Positions 51,090 to 63,377 are shown, counted from the first letter of the whole stretch. The stretch: DNA of 63,993 bases, filler included, from Chiloscyllium plagiosum (GCF_004010195.1; 4 parts of one record of this genome joined end to end with filler, not necessarily neighbours in it), one strand, 5' to 3'. Numbers and translations: made by a program. Notes: generated by a model not told the origin, from the letters alone.

Positions 51090-52760
51090 TTTCTTAAGTT
51101 CTTATTTCCAATATGCATCGAGTGAAAGTGCATCCTGATTTCAACATAGATAATTATGAGGTATTGGAAAAATAAGAAGATCCCTTTTCGCTTGGAGAAT
51201 ATTGAAAAGAGGAACAAAGGGATATACGAGTGTAAATATACAGGTTACTTAAAGTAATAAGGCCCATAAAAGCAAAGCAAACTCTCGGATTTATTTCTCG
51301 ATGGATATAACTGGAAGGTGAGGAAAATATGCCAAGTGTAGTATCCAACTTTAATTAGACCACAAGGAGAGTACCATATTATAGAAAGGACATAGAAGTA
51401 TTGGAAAGGATGCAGAGAAAATTGACCATCATTGTAACAGAAATGGCTGGGTATGCATGTTAATAGAGAATTGACAGGCTGTGTTTTCGTTGAAAAATGA
51501 TAGGCTAAAGGATGACATATTAGAAGGCTTTAACATTTTGAAAGGCTTTAACAGAGTAGATGTAGGGCGTAGCATAAGTAGGGATCATCAATGTAAGGTA
51601 AATCTAAGGAATCAAATAGTACAGAAGCAACTTCTTTATCCAGAGTGGCAAGAATGTGCAATTTTCTGCTGTTGGGAGTAGTTGCAGTGAACAGTATAAA
51701 TACTTTAAAATGAAACTATATCAAAGTATGAGGGGGAAGAGAGTGGAGGGTCATGCTAATTGAATTCAATGAGGAAGGATTGGAGGATGCTTGAGAGAAG
51801 CATAAATATCAGCAAGAGCTGTGGAGCAAGTGGCCTTTCCCTGGGCCATATGTGATTCCTGAATAACTCAACTCCAATTTGAAAATGATATCTCCTTGTC
51901 CTCGATTCCTGTGTCAGGGAAAACCATTTCACTGCATTTACTCAAAGTAATCATTTAACCTTATAAGTACCTTAAGTAGTTTTCTATATTCAAAGAATGC
52001 CAGTTCAATTTATGCAATCTATTCATATAATTCAATGGTGTCAATACATAAAAGGGTGAACTATTAAGGAGCTGAACATCCTTTGGAAGAGGAGAAACCC
52101 TCATGTTCAGCTGAAATGCATCCCAGGCTGTTGAGGGAAACAAGAGAAAAAATAATAGAGTCTCTGGTCACCATTTTCCAATCCTCTGTGTCCAAAGGTA
52201 TGAAGGACAGTTCAACGTGTACCATTCTGTGAACAGGTAGAATGCCTGAAATTCCAAGTAATTATTAACAAATGAATCTCACCCCAGTGATGGGAAAATT
52301 GTTGGTATAAATTCTAATGGGGCAGGATAAAACTTGAATAAGATATGGAATAATCAATGACAATCAGCATGGAATTGTTAACAGGAAGTTGCACCTGTTG
52401 AAGAGGATCAAAGTTTTTGAGATGGTAATAAGGAAGGTCATTAAGTTTAGGGTATTTCATGTTGTCAGTGTGGATTTCAGCAAGGTTCATAGTTCGATAG
52501 TCAAAAGTAGTAGGTCATGCAATTCAGGACAAGTGACAAGTTAGATCCAAAATTAATCCAGTGGCTGCAGACGAAGGATAATGGTTATTGTTGCTAGAAA
52601 GGTAGTTCTTAGTAGGCTTTCCACACGCTCAGAATTAGCTCCCTTGTTTTTTGTGGTAAATGCTTTCATTCGACTTGAATGTAGGGAGAATGATTAAATG
52701 TTTGCAGAAAATATAAAAGTGACTGTGTTTGATAATGAAGAAAAAAGCTGAGACTGCAGG
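51090..52760 (+). mobile_element. Two old CR1 fragments (~51090-51840 and ~52040-52760)
   Basis: Degenerate RT C-terminus; AATCAGCATGGAATTGT and GGATTTCAGCAAGG RT motifs. Confidence 0.55.
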
Positions 52761-52761
52761 A

Positions 52762-53023
52762 AGATTAGATTCTCTACAGTGTGGAAACAGGCCCTTTGGC
52801 CCAACAAGTCCACACCGGCCCTCCAAAGGGTGACACACCCAGACTCATTTCCCTCTGACTAATGCACCTAACACGATGGGAAATTTAGCATGGCTAATTC
52901 ACCTGACCTGCACATCTTTGGACTGTGGGAGGAAACCCACGCAGACAGAGGGAGAATGTGCAAACTCCACACAGACAGTCACCTCAGGCTGGAATCAAAC
53001 CTGGGACCCTGGTGCTGTGAGGC
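52762..53023 (-). mobile_element. HE1-type V-SINE, truncated
   Basis: AGATTAGATT tail and V-domain. Confidence 0.85.
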
Positions 53024-53834
53024 TCTGGATTAAATGTAGTCAGCCATTGTTCTGCTCAGCCGATTCAGCCTTTCCCAAACAATTAGAGGGCTACAGGCCA
53101 AATACTGGCAAATGAGACAGGACTTATTTAGGATATCTGGTCGGCATGGAAAAGTTGGACCGACGGATCTGTTTCCATCTCTACGACTCTATGAATCTAA
53201 CCTAATGAAAGATACTATTAGACATTATTTTACTTATAATTTTACTGTAACAATCAAACCAAACCAACATTATTCAAGTATTAATTAGCAGACAAGTAAA
53301 CTTCACTTAAACTGATGCAATGATCATTTCTAAACATATGTGATATCAGGAATCTTCCCAGATCTCTGACAGAGTTTCACCCCTTTGCCATGTTGAGGCA
53401 AATCTTACAAAGACCTTTGCCAACCATTCCACTGTGCCCAGTCTTTCCAGAGACAGCTTTCACTAGTAAGACACACTTTTTTGAACATCCCCTCCCTCTG
53501 GGTACCTCAGTCCTGACAACACAGATTCCCAAAGACATCTTATCCAACCCCTTGAATAAACCCAAGTCAGCTTGGGTAAAACTACTTTTCCGCAAAGAAA
53601 ATTTCTTGTTCTTCACATCCACTTTCCTACTGAATATTAAAGACCTTTTCCAGAGAGGGTTTTATTTCTCTGTGTGTTTTTCTCTGTCAGAATGTTTTCT
53701 GCACAAAAGTTGGAAACACAGATTAGGTGTCTGCTTTTGCATAAGCTCACTTTCATTTACATAGCAACCCTAGTCATGTGTAAACTTCCAGGCATATGGT
53801 GTCATTACCAGGAATGACATTAACTCAGTCTCCC

Positions 53835-54050
53835 AGTGAGGACTGCAGATGTTGAAGATCAGAGTCGAAGAGTGTGGTGCAGGAAAAGCACAGCAGGTCA
53901 GGCAGTATCCGAGAGGCAGGAGAGTTCATATTTCGGGCATAAGCCCTTTCTTGATGAAGGACTTATGCTCAAAACGTCGACTCTATTGCTCCTCGGATGC
54001 TGCCTGACCGGCTGTGTTTTTCCATCACCACACTCTGACTTTAATCTCCC
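53835..54050. mobile_element. Inverted dimer of family A terminus
   Basis: TTTCGGGCATAAGCCCTTTC joined to TTGATGAAGGACTTATGCTCAAAACGTCGA; ~100-bp arms. Confidence 0.8.
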
Positions 54051-54259
54051 AGAAGCCAATACAGTTTCCCCTCAGATTTAAAGGACACTCAAAATATAAA
54101 TGCCTTGCAAAATTCAGTGATCTGGACAGTGGCACCATATTGAAAAGTGTGGAGGAACAGAGGGATCTTCAGACCTGAGGATGCATATTCACAGATTCCT
54201 GCTGGTGACTGACAGGTAGATAAAGTGGTAAAAATATATTGCAGGAAACTCTTTTAAAA

Positions 54260-55025
54260 TAATTCTTTCATGGGATGTGAGTGTTACTAGCAAGCCCAGT
54301 ATTTGTTATGCATCCCTAAATGCCGATAAGAAGGTGGCAGTGAGCTGCTGTCTTGAACTGCTGCACTCCATTTGGTGCAGGTATATCCCAGTGCATTAGG
54401 AAAGGATTTCAGGATATTCATTCAGCAATAGGGTAGGAATGGCAATATAAATGTAAGCCAAGACTATGAGAGGCTTGGAGGGGAATTGCAGGGTGCTATA
54501 TCTGTTCTTCTAGGTAATAGAGGTTGCATTGTTGGAAGGTGCTATTAAAGAAACCTTGGTCAGTTGCTGAAATGCATGGTACACTCTGCTGTCACAGTAC
54601 ATCTGTGGTGGTGGAATTGAATGTTTAAATTGATGGATCGATATCAAACAAGCGGGCTACTTTCTTCTGGGAGGAATTGAGCTTCTTGAGTGTTGTTGGC
54701 GCTGCACTCATCCAGGCAAATAGAGAGTATTCTATCAGACTCTTGACTTGTGTCTCAGAGATAATTGACTGGCTTTGGGGAATTACAAAGTGATTTACTT
54801 GACACAGAATCCTTAGCCTCTAAACTGTTCTTGTAGTGACATTGTATGTATGGTTGGTTCAGTTCAGTTTCTGGTCAATGGTAACCTCAAGATAGTACAA
54901 TTTATAGCAATGGTAACACCATTGAATAGAAGAGGAGATGGATAGATTCTCCCTTGTTAGAGATAGTCATTCTTGAGGTTTATCCCCAAGACTGAATGTT
55001 CTCCAGATCTTGCTGTATTTGGATA
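54260..55025 (-). mobile_element. L2/CR1-like LINE 3' part
   Basis: Colinear with 15820-16935. Confidence 0.75.
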
Positions 55026-56260
55026 TAGAGTCATTGCGTCATAAAGTCTTACAGCATGAAAACAGATTCTTCAGTCCAACTCACATGCGCAAACCAGACA
55101 TCTCAATTTGACCTCGTCCCATTTGCCAGCATTTGGCCTGTATTCCTTCCTATTCATATACCAATCCAGATGCTTTTCAGTGTTGTAATTGTATCAGCCT
55201 TCACCACTTCCTGTAGCAACTCATTCTATGCATGCGCCACCCTCTGTGTGAAAAAGTCATTTTTAAACCTTTCCCCCTCACCTTAAACCATGCCCTCCAG
55301 TTATGGACTCCCCACCCTGGGAAAAAGACCTTGGCTATTCACTCTGTCCATACCCCTCATGATTTTATAAACCTTGTTAAAGTCATCCCTCAACCTCTAA
55401 CTCAATGGAAAAAAGCCTCAGCCTATTGAGCCTCTCCCTATAACTCAAACCCTCCAACTCTGGCATCATCCTCCTAAATAATTTCTGGCCTCTCAAGTTT
55501 AACAATATCTTTCCATGACCAGAACTAAACACAATATTCCAATGTTGACCTCACTAATGTCTTGTATAGCGACAACATGACATTCCAATTCCTATAGGAG
55601 AAAGTGAGGACTGCAGATGCTGGAGATCAGAGCTGAAAATGTGTTGCTGGAAAAGCGCAGCAGGTCAGGCAGCATCCAAGGAGCAGGAGAATCGATGTTT
55701 CGTGCCTGAGCCCTTCTTCTTTCCTGAAGAAGAGCTCATTCCAACTCCTATACCCAATGTTATGACAAATGAAGTCAACCATGCCAAATTTTCATCACCC
55801 TGTGTACGTGCAACTCCACTTTCAAGGAATTATGTACCCACACCCCTAGGTCTCTTTGTTTGGGCAACATTTCCCAAGACCCTACCATTAAGTGTATAAG
55901 TCCTGCCCTGGTTTGCCTTCCTTTTGCCTTACATTTATCTGATTTAAACCCCATCTGCCATTTCTTAGCCCATTGGCCCATCTGATCAAGGTCCGACTGT
56001 ACTCTGAGATAATCTTCTTCACCTATTCTGGTGACAGCTGCAAACTTACTAACTAAACCTCCTGTATTCACATCTAAATCATGTCTATAAATGACAAAAA
56101 GCAGTGGACCCAGCACTGATCCTTGTGACACACCACTGATCTCTAGTCTGAAAAAAGTCCATCCACAACCTCCCTCTGTCTCCTAACGTCAAGCCAATTT
56201 TGTATCCAATTGGCTAGCTCCCTGTGAATCCCATGTGATCAAACGTTACTAACCAATCTA
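55026..56260 (-). mobile_element. HER1/CR1 3' part
   Basis: SQGSVLGPLLFVIY..LVSKFAA. Confidence 0.85.
55597..55736 (-). mobile_element. Family A insertion with short inverted head and 16-bp TSD (1 mismatch)
   Basis: CATTCCAA(T/C)TCCTATA at 55581-55596 and 55737-55752. Confidence 0.8.
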
Positions 56261-56569
56261 TCATGGGACATGAACTGCTTCAGTAACTGAGCAGATGAAG
56301 ATGGTACTGAACAATGTGCAATCATCAGCGAACATTGTTATTTCTGAAGTTATAATGGAGAGGATGTCATTTGTGTAGCCGTTGAAGAATGTACAGCCTA
56401 AGATAATACCTTGAGGAATTCCTGCTGAGATGTCTTGGGATTGAGATGATTGGCCTCCAACAGATACAACCATCTTCCTTTGTGCGGGGTATGATTCCAA
56501 CTAGTCCAGGAGACATGTCCTTCTGGACTTGACCTGCTCAGTCAGTAGTTTAAATTTTCAAAATACCCA

Positions 56570-57407
56570 AGATTCTAAGGAAGGTTGGAAAATGGAAAAT
56601 GATGCTTCTATATTCAAAAGAGACAGAGACGGAAAGCAGGAGTTATAGGGTGGTTAGCCTAACATCTGTCATAGGGAAAATGCTGGAATCTATTATGAAG
56701 AAGATTGTAGCATAGCACTTAAAAATCTTAAATAAATCAGACAGAGTCAACACGGTTTTGTGAAAGGGAAATCATGTTTAACTAATTTATTAGTTAAATT
56801 ATATAAGTGATTCTAAAAGAAAGGATTTAAATGCATTTGGAGAGGCAAGAAATGATTAGAGATAGTCAGCATGGTTGTATGCAAGGGAAATCCTGCCTCA
56901 CAAACTTGATTGAGTTTCTTGAGGAAACGACCAAGAAGACTGATGAGGGCAGAACGGTAGACATTATTTACTTGGATTTTGGTAACGCCTTTGACAAGGT
57001 TCCACTAACCTAATTAGTAAGGTTAGATCACATGTGATTGAGGGTGAGTTTGCTACGTGGATACAAAATTGGCTCAATGCAGGAGACAGAGGGTGATGAT
57101 GGGGAGTTGATTTTCCGGACTGAACGCCTAAGACCAACAGTGATCCACTGGTGTTGGGTCCACTTTTGTTTGTCGTTAATATAACTGACTTAGATGAGAA
57201 TACAGAAGGCATGGTTAGTAAGTTTGTGGATGACACCAGAATCGGTGGTAGTGGATGGTGGGGAAGGATATCTAAGATTAAAAAGAGATCTTGATCAATG
57301 AGGTCAGTAGGCTGAGGAGTGACAGATAGAGTTTAATTTGGACAAATGTGAGGAATTGCATTTTGATGCAACAAACAAGGGAAGGACTTATACAATTAAA
57401 AATAGGG
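56570..57407 (+). mobile_element. CR1 RT fragments
   Basis: SQHGCMQGKSCLTNLIEF..YLDFGNAFDKVP. Confidence 0.85.
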
Positions 57408-58188
57408 CCATGGCCCCGGCACACCCCTTTAAATTTATAACGGAAGCCTTTTCAAAATTGATGGCTTTTGATGCCCGTCATATAATTATAGGGGGAGACT
57501 TTGATTGTATTATGGATCCGGAAATAGACAGGATTCCCAAGAGTACTGCAGGAGTATCTCCCAGATCTAGACAATTGATGGATCTGAACAAAGAATTAGG
57601 ATTAGTAGATGTATGGAGATGTCTTCATCCACAGGGTAGAGATTTTTCTTTCTACTCTAATCCACATAAATGTCATACCAGAATTGATATGTTTTTTGCC
57701 CCCTCAATTTTTTTAAATTCCATATCATCCTGTAAAATAGGTAATATAGCAATTTCTGACCACGCTGCTGTATATATGGAAACTAAGGCGAGGAACAATG
57801 GGACATCCCCTCGGCATGGGCGTATGGACCCCTTCCTAATGAAAGATAGTAAATTTATAAAGTACTTCTCTCAAGAATTTAAAACTTTTTTAGAAATTAA
57901 TTCAGGCACAGCTAGCAACCCGTCAATGAAGTGGGAGACCATGAAAGCTTACACGCGAGGCTTGATCATCTCCTACTCAGCGACCCAGAAAAAATTAAAG
58001 GGAGAACAACAGCGTCTGCTTGAAGCCCGCTTAAAAGCGGCTGAAACAGCATACACTGATAGACCCTCTATTATTAAATTGCAAAGGATTACAGCTCTTA
58101 CGACAGCTCTAAACACTACGCTTACTCAAACGGCTAAGAGGGAAATATTATTTGCAAAACAAAGGTTACATGAATATGGCGACAAACC
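57408..58188 (+). mobile_element. L1-clade ORF2 endonuclease fragment, uninterrupted, 5'-truncated, ends at gap
   Basis: IIIGGDFD, LVDVWRCLHP, FSFYSNPHKCHTRIDMFF, ISDHAAV, WETMKAYTRG. Confidence 0.9.
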
Positions 58189-58288
58189 NNNNNNNNNNNN
58201 NNNNNNNNNNNNNNNNNNNNNNNNNNNNNNNNTTAATTAATTAANNNNNNNNNNNNNNNNNNNNNNNNNNNNNNNNNNNNNNNNNNNN
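58189..58288. other. Assembly gap with six-frame-stop spacer
   Basis: N44-TTAATTAATTAA-N44. Confidence 0.95.
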
Positions 58289-59058
58289 TATCAGCGTTCC
58301 AGAAAGACCACTCCCTCCGCCACTCCCTCATCAGGTCCACACCCCCCACCAACCCAACCTCCACTCCCGGCACCTTCCCCTGCAACCGCATGAAATGCAA
58401 AACTTGCACCCTGACCTCCCCCCTCACATCCCTCCAAGGCACCAAGGGATCCTTCCATTTCCATCACAAATTCACCTGCACCTCCACACACATCATTTAC
58501 TACATCCGCTGCACCCGATGTGACCTCCTCTACATTGGGGAGACAGGCCGCCTACTTGCGGAACATTTCAGAGAAAACCTCTGGGACACCCGTACCAACC
58601 AACCCAACCGCCCCGTGGCTGAACACTTTAACTCCCCCTCCCACTCCGCCAAGTACATGCAGGTTCTTGGCCTCCTCCATCGCCAGACCATGGCATCATG
58701 ACGCCTGGAGGAAGAGCGCCTCATTTTCCGCCTAGGAACTCTCCAACTACAAGGGATGAATGCAGATTTCTCCAACTCCTTCATTTCCCCTCCCCCCACC
58801 TTATCTTAGTCCCTACCCTCGGACTCAGCACCGCCTTCTTGACCTGCTATCTTCTTCCTGACCTCTCTGCCCCCACCACCCCCTCCGGCCTATCACCCTC
58901 ACCTTGGCGTCCTTCCACCTATCACATTTCCAATGCCCCTCTCCCAAGTCCCTTCTCCCTACCTTTTACCTTAGCCTGCTGACACACTTTCCGTCGATTC
59001 TCCTGCTCCTTGGCTGCTGCCTGACCTGCTGCGCTTTCCCAGCAACACATTTTTCAGC
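58289..59058 (+). mobile_element. Penelope-like element 3' part (GIY-YIG + UTR, family A)
   Basis: FTCTSTHIIYYIRCTRCDLLYIGETGRLLAEHFRE. Confidence 0.9.
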
Positions 59059-59417
59059 TAAGGTTTTTACATGGCATGTTGAACTTATACTTTTCCAGGA
59101 GCTGATAGATTTGTGATGCATTTCTGTTTTGCTCTCTTTTTGCCATATCTTTGGTCAAATTTACAGCTTTAGATCAAAGTTAGTTCAATTTGACCTTCAT
59201 TACCATTTCCCAAAAGTTAAAAAAAATTCTACGACAAAACCTGAGACAATTTGTAGCTAAATATTTGACTGTAGATTGCTGAAACAAAATTAATATTGAA
59301 TATACAAACCAAGTGGGAAAAGAAAGTAGCAATCTATAGTCTACAATAACAATAGGGATAGATTTTGCAGAGGACTGTGATTGACCCTTTCACTCTCAAC
59401 ATCTTTCATTCTCAGTG

Positions 59418-59491
59418 ATTCGGAGATGCCGGTGTTGGACTGGGGTGTACAAAGTTAAAAATCACACAACACCAGGTTATTGTCCAACAGG
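59418..59491 (-). mobile_element. 74-bp family B terminal fragment with 9-bp TSD
   Basis: TTCTCAGTG at 59409-59417 and 59492-59500. Confidence 0.8.
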
Positions 59492-59539
59492 TTCTCAGTG
59501 GTATTCTTCACCTATACTTATCTAACTCATCACAATCTG

Positions 59540-59860
59540 TGACTCTTTTTGTCTCATCCTTTTGTTTGTGTCCCTCTGTATTCTTTCAGAGTCTCCACGT
59601 CTGCCTGTCTCTGTCAACATCTCAATCACTGGCTGTCTCCCTGCACCACAGTTTATTTCTCTGCATTTCTTATTCTCTTTGGTTTACTCACTTTGCTGTC
59701 TGTCTGCCTGTTGGCCTCAGTCTGTGTCTCTTTACGTCTTTGGATCACTCTCTGCCTCTCTCTGTCATACTATCTTTCTCTGTGTCACTCCGAGTCTGTC
59801 TCTCTCTCCTTCTGTCTCTTTCACTGCCTGTTTCTCTCCCTTTTTCTCTCTGCCCTCTTT
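59540..59860. repeat. Degenerate (CT/CTGT)n low-complexity tract
   Basis: Direct reading; explains the three overlapping ORFs here. Confidence 0.85.
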
Positions 59861-60391
59861 ACATGCAAGCATTAACTGTGTTGAAATGTGCTTGTACCTT
59901 TGATGCTGGAGAGGTCCAAAGCTAATCTTTATTCACTCCCTGAACTCCTCATACTGAACCCTGCTAAATTAAATCATTCCCAGAGGGTTTCACTGCAGTT
60001 TCGTGTCAAGAATCAATATGAAGAAGCACACAGTTGAGAATTATTGATGGGTCTGTGTACCCATTCCTTATCAGTGAATGCCAACTCACTGCCAATCAAA
60101 CAAGAGGCTCAATTTTTCAAGATAAATATAATAACTATCACATCTATATAATTAATGTTCAAGTATAAATAAGCTCACGGTAATTTAAACAAAAATGATG
60201 AAAGAAGGTGCCTTGGATTACTCAAAAAATCTTATCCAACGGAGCCAAATAAATGACAAGCTCAAAAGTCACTGGGTTGATCTCAGTCAGAGTGGCAGTA
60301 ATATCAGTGCCTGTGAGTGAACGGTGAGGGCACTCAGTCATAACTTCCCCTCTCAATTGCTGACCAGTATAATTCAATCTAGAGGTGAGTA

Positions 60392-60560
60392 TCTCAGCAG
60401 GTCTGGCAGCATCTATGCAGAGAGAAACAGAGTTAACATTTCAGAACACTTCTGATGAAGGGTGACTGGACTTGAAATGTTAGCTCTGCCCTTCTCTCCA
60501 CAGATGTTGCCAGACCTGCCGAGTTTCAGATTTCCAGAATCCGCAGTTCTTTCTTTTATT
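60392..60560. mobile_element. Inverted dimer of family C terminus with hammerhead-like motif
   Basis: CTCAGCAGGTCTGGCAGCATCT versus AGATGTTGCCAGACCTGCCGAG; CTGATGAAGGGTGACTGGACTTGAAATGTT at ~60452. Confidence 0.7.
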
Positions 60561-61580
60561 CTAAATGTGAGGATATTGGGTGAAGAGCGAATGAACTGCA
60601 AAGGTTTCTCTGCCCAACTCGCCCATTAACATTCACCGTCCAGACTAATACGTAAACTTTTGTGCCTTGGAAAGGTGGTTTGTCAGCTAGAAGCTAAGCC
60701 CATCTGAACAGGGGAGTAGCCAGGGAATGAATGAATGGATCAATCGATGATGGATGAATGGATGGATGTCTGAGTTCAAATTCATAAAAATGTTGTCATT
60801 ATTCACATTTGATTGTATTGTTGCCCTTTAGTTTGAATCCTATTTGTTCAGTTCCTAGACTATCTAGAACTTCTCATTTAAAGACAAAAGATGGAAATAA
60901 AAAGATCCAAGCATTTCACACATGCATTATCAGAAATAAATTAATAACAAGTCAATCGAAGGAACTGTTAAGAGGGCTGACAACGACATGGTTTAAGAGT
61001 TAGATTCAAAGGAGGAGAGTGACGTAGAGAAGTTTAGGGAGGGAATAACTATCATGAGTGGAGCCAAGAGAAAGAGCATGCAAAAAAGGGTCAGAATTGA
61101 AGGAACAGAGTCTGATTGTTTAGCGAGACAAGACGATTGTAGGTCCTGTAATGATACTATGTCTTTATGAGATGTATTTTGTCCTTTTTTTTGAAGAGAA
61201 GTTTTATGTCAGAGGTGGCGAACAGCCTATTTTAATCCAATAAAGTAAACAACTTGTGAGACCTTGGGTTTTTTTTACAGTTGGACCAATATCAGCAGCC
61301 TGAATGGGTGGGTTCAGGATTTTCAGTTTTTAGTTTTTCAGTAACAGTTGCTGGGATCTTGAAGCTGGGTTTGAAGCTGCTATAATAGTGTGTATATATA
61401 ATCGGAACACCTTGTTGGAGAGGTTCAATTTGATAGCTGTGTAATAATTGATGTGGGACATGACAACATATTAATGACTTCAGGGAAGAAAGGAAGTTTG
61501 GGATAGTGTGATAAGTATCTCAAGATACGGATGACAGTATTAATGCTTGGTTTAAACAGCAACAAGATAAACAGTACCAT

Positions 61581-61872
61581 GGGGTGGCATGGTGGCTCAG
61601 TGGTTAGCACTGCTGCCTCACAGCTCCAGGGTCCCAGGTTCAATTCCAGCCTTGCGTGAATTTTGCACATTCTCCCCGTGTCTGTGTGGGTTTCCTCCCA
61701 CAATCCAAAGATGTGCAGGTCAGGTGAATTGGCCATGCTAAATTGCCTGTAGTGTTAGGTGCATTAGTCAGAGGGAAATGGGTCTGCGTGGGTTACTCTT
61801 CGGAGGGTCGGTGTGGACTGGTTGGGCCCAAGGGCCTGTTTCCACACTGTAGGGAATCTAATCTAATCTAAT
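61581..61872 (+). mobile_element. HE1-type V-SINE
   Basis: Head, partly deleted V-domain, (AATCT)n tail. Confidence 0.9.
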
Positions 61873-62160
61873 AAAAAAACCCTATCAAAATAAATGTAAA
61901 CTTTGACATCACTTAACGTTCCAACCCATTGGGGGATGTTCTGTTTCTAGCTGTTCTCTTCTGTCCTCTGATTGGTAAATCTCATGTTTCTTTTTCTCAA
62001 TGAATGCTATACAGCAAATGTCTTCCTCCAGCAAGCTTTATATAGTTATGCTAATTTGTGCAACTCAGACACTCCCCACCTCATCTGAGACCATGTAATC
62101 CACTCAGGTGGCAAAATTCTGGAAAGCTTGCTATTCTTGTATGTGTGTGGGAATTTCTTA

Positions 62161-62888
62161 AAAAGGGAAGGGTGCATAAAAGATTTACAAGGATATTACC
62201 GAGACTGGAGGGTTTGAATTAAAAGGAGAGCCTGGATAGGCTAGATAGGTTGAGGGGTGACCTTATAGAGGTTTATAAAATCATGAGGGGCATGAATAGG
62301 GTGAACAGTCTGTGTGTTTTCCCCAGGGAGTCCAAAACTAAAGGGCATAGGTTCAACGTGAGAAGAGAAAGCTTTACAAGGGACCTGAGGGCAACCTTTT
62401 CACATACAGGGTGGTTTGACTGCCAGAGGTAGTGGTAAGTGCAGATACAGTAATGACCTTAAAAAGACATTTGGACAGGTACTTAGATAGGAAAGATCTA
62501 AGACATTAAGGGCCAAATGCAGACAAATGGGACTAGGTCAGTTTTTAATGTCTTTTGGATCAACATGGTGGCTCAATGGTTCACACTGCTGCCTCACAGC
62601 ACCAGGGACCCAGGTTCAATTCCAGCCGCGGGTGACAGTGTGGAGTTTGCACATTCCCCCCATGTCTGTGTGGGTTTCCTCCCACAGTCCACAGATGTGC
62701 AGGTCAGGTGAATTGGCCATGCTAAATTGCCTGTAGAGTTAGGTGCATTAGTCAGGGAAATGGGTCTGGGTGGGTTACTTCTCAAAGGGTCAGTGTGGAC
62801 TAGTTGGGCCGAAGGGCTTGTTTCCACCCTACAGGGAATCTAATCAAACGGGTCTGTTTCCACGCTGTATAATTCTATGACTCTCTAA
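62161..62888 (+). mobile_element. HER1/CR1 3' end with nested HE1 (62564-62846)
   Basis: RGDLIEVYKIMRG; tail resumes at 62848. Confidence 0.85.
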
Positions 62889-63322
62889 TTGCACAATACA
62901 ACATAAACATCCAGCCTGTGGAAGAGAAAACATTTCCCTTCTGTGAGTGAAGCAGTAAAAGAACGTTCCAAGAAGGTAACTATTCTCTATCTGTTGGCAA
63001 ATTACCTTCTGAGAAAGAAAGAGGAAAGAGGCAGAAATGATGAATATTCAACTAGTGAATGAAAGATTGAAAATTAGTGTGCCCACAACCTTACGTTCTC
63101 TTCAACAGTCAAAATCAACCAGAAGGAAACTAATGGAAAACCTCTCATTGATGCTCATAACATGGACTGCCTTCCATTTGTTTCTTTCCCACCCATAACA
63201 TTTGTGACTTGAATTGTCTCTTTTTGTGCCTGTTTGTATGTGTGTGGGAATTTCTTATGCAGTAGAGTTATGTTGTAGAGAGTTGTCAGTCCATGATTCA
63301 TGTTTCTGTTTCCTGCCATCAG

Positions 63323-63377
63323 TTACTGCGGGAGAAAATCTGCTTCCCTGTCCACCCACAGCATGGCCACAAAGAAC
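63323..63377 (+). CDS. Candidate second exon (phase 1 to 2): TAGENLLPCPPTAWPQR
   Basis: TTTCTGTTTCCTGCCATCAG acceptor, GTAAGG donor, in phase with the 50642 leader. Confidence 0.3.

Noticed and set aside
53200..53830. Possible solo LTR (similar impression at 61150-61390)
   Set aside because: No paired LTR, PBS, PPT or TSD could be shown from this window
59539..59925. Three overlapping hydrophobic ORFs
   Set aside because: Products of CT-rich low-complexity DNA
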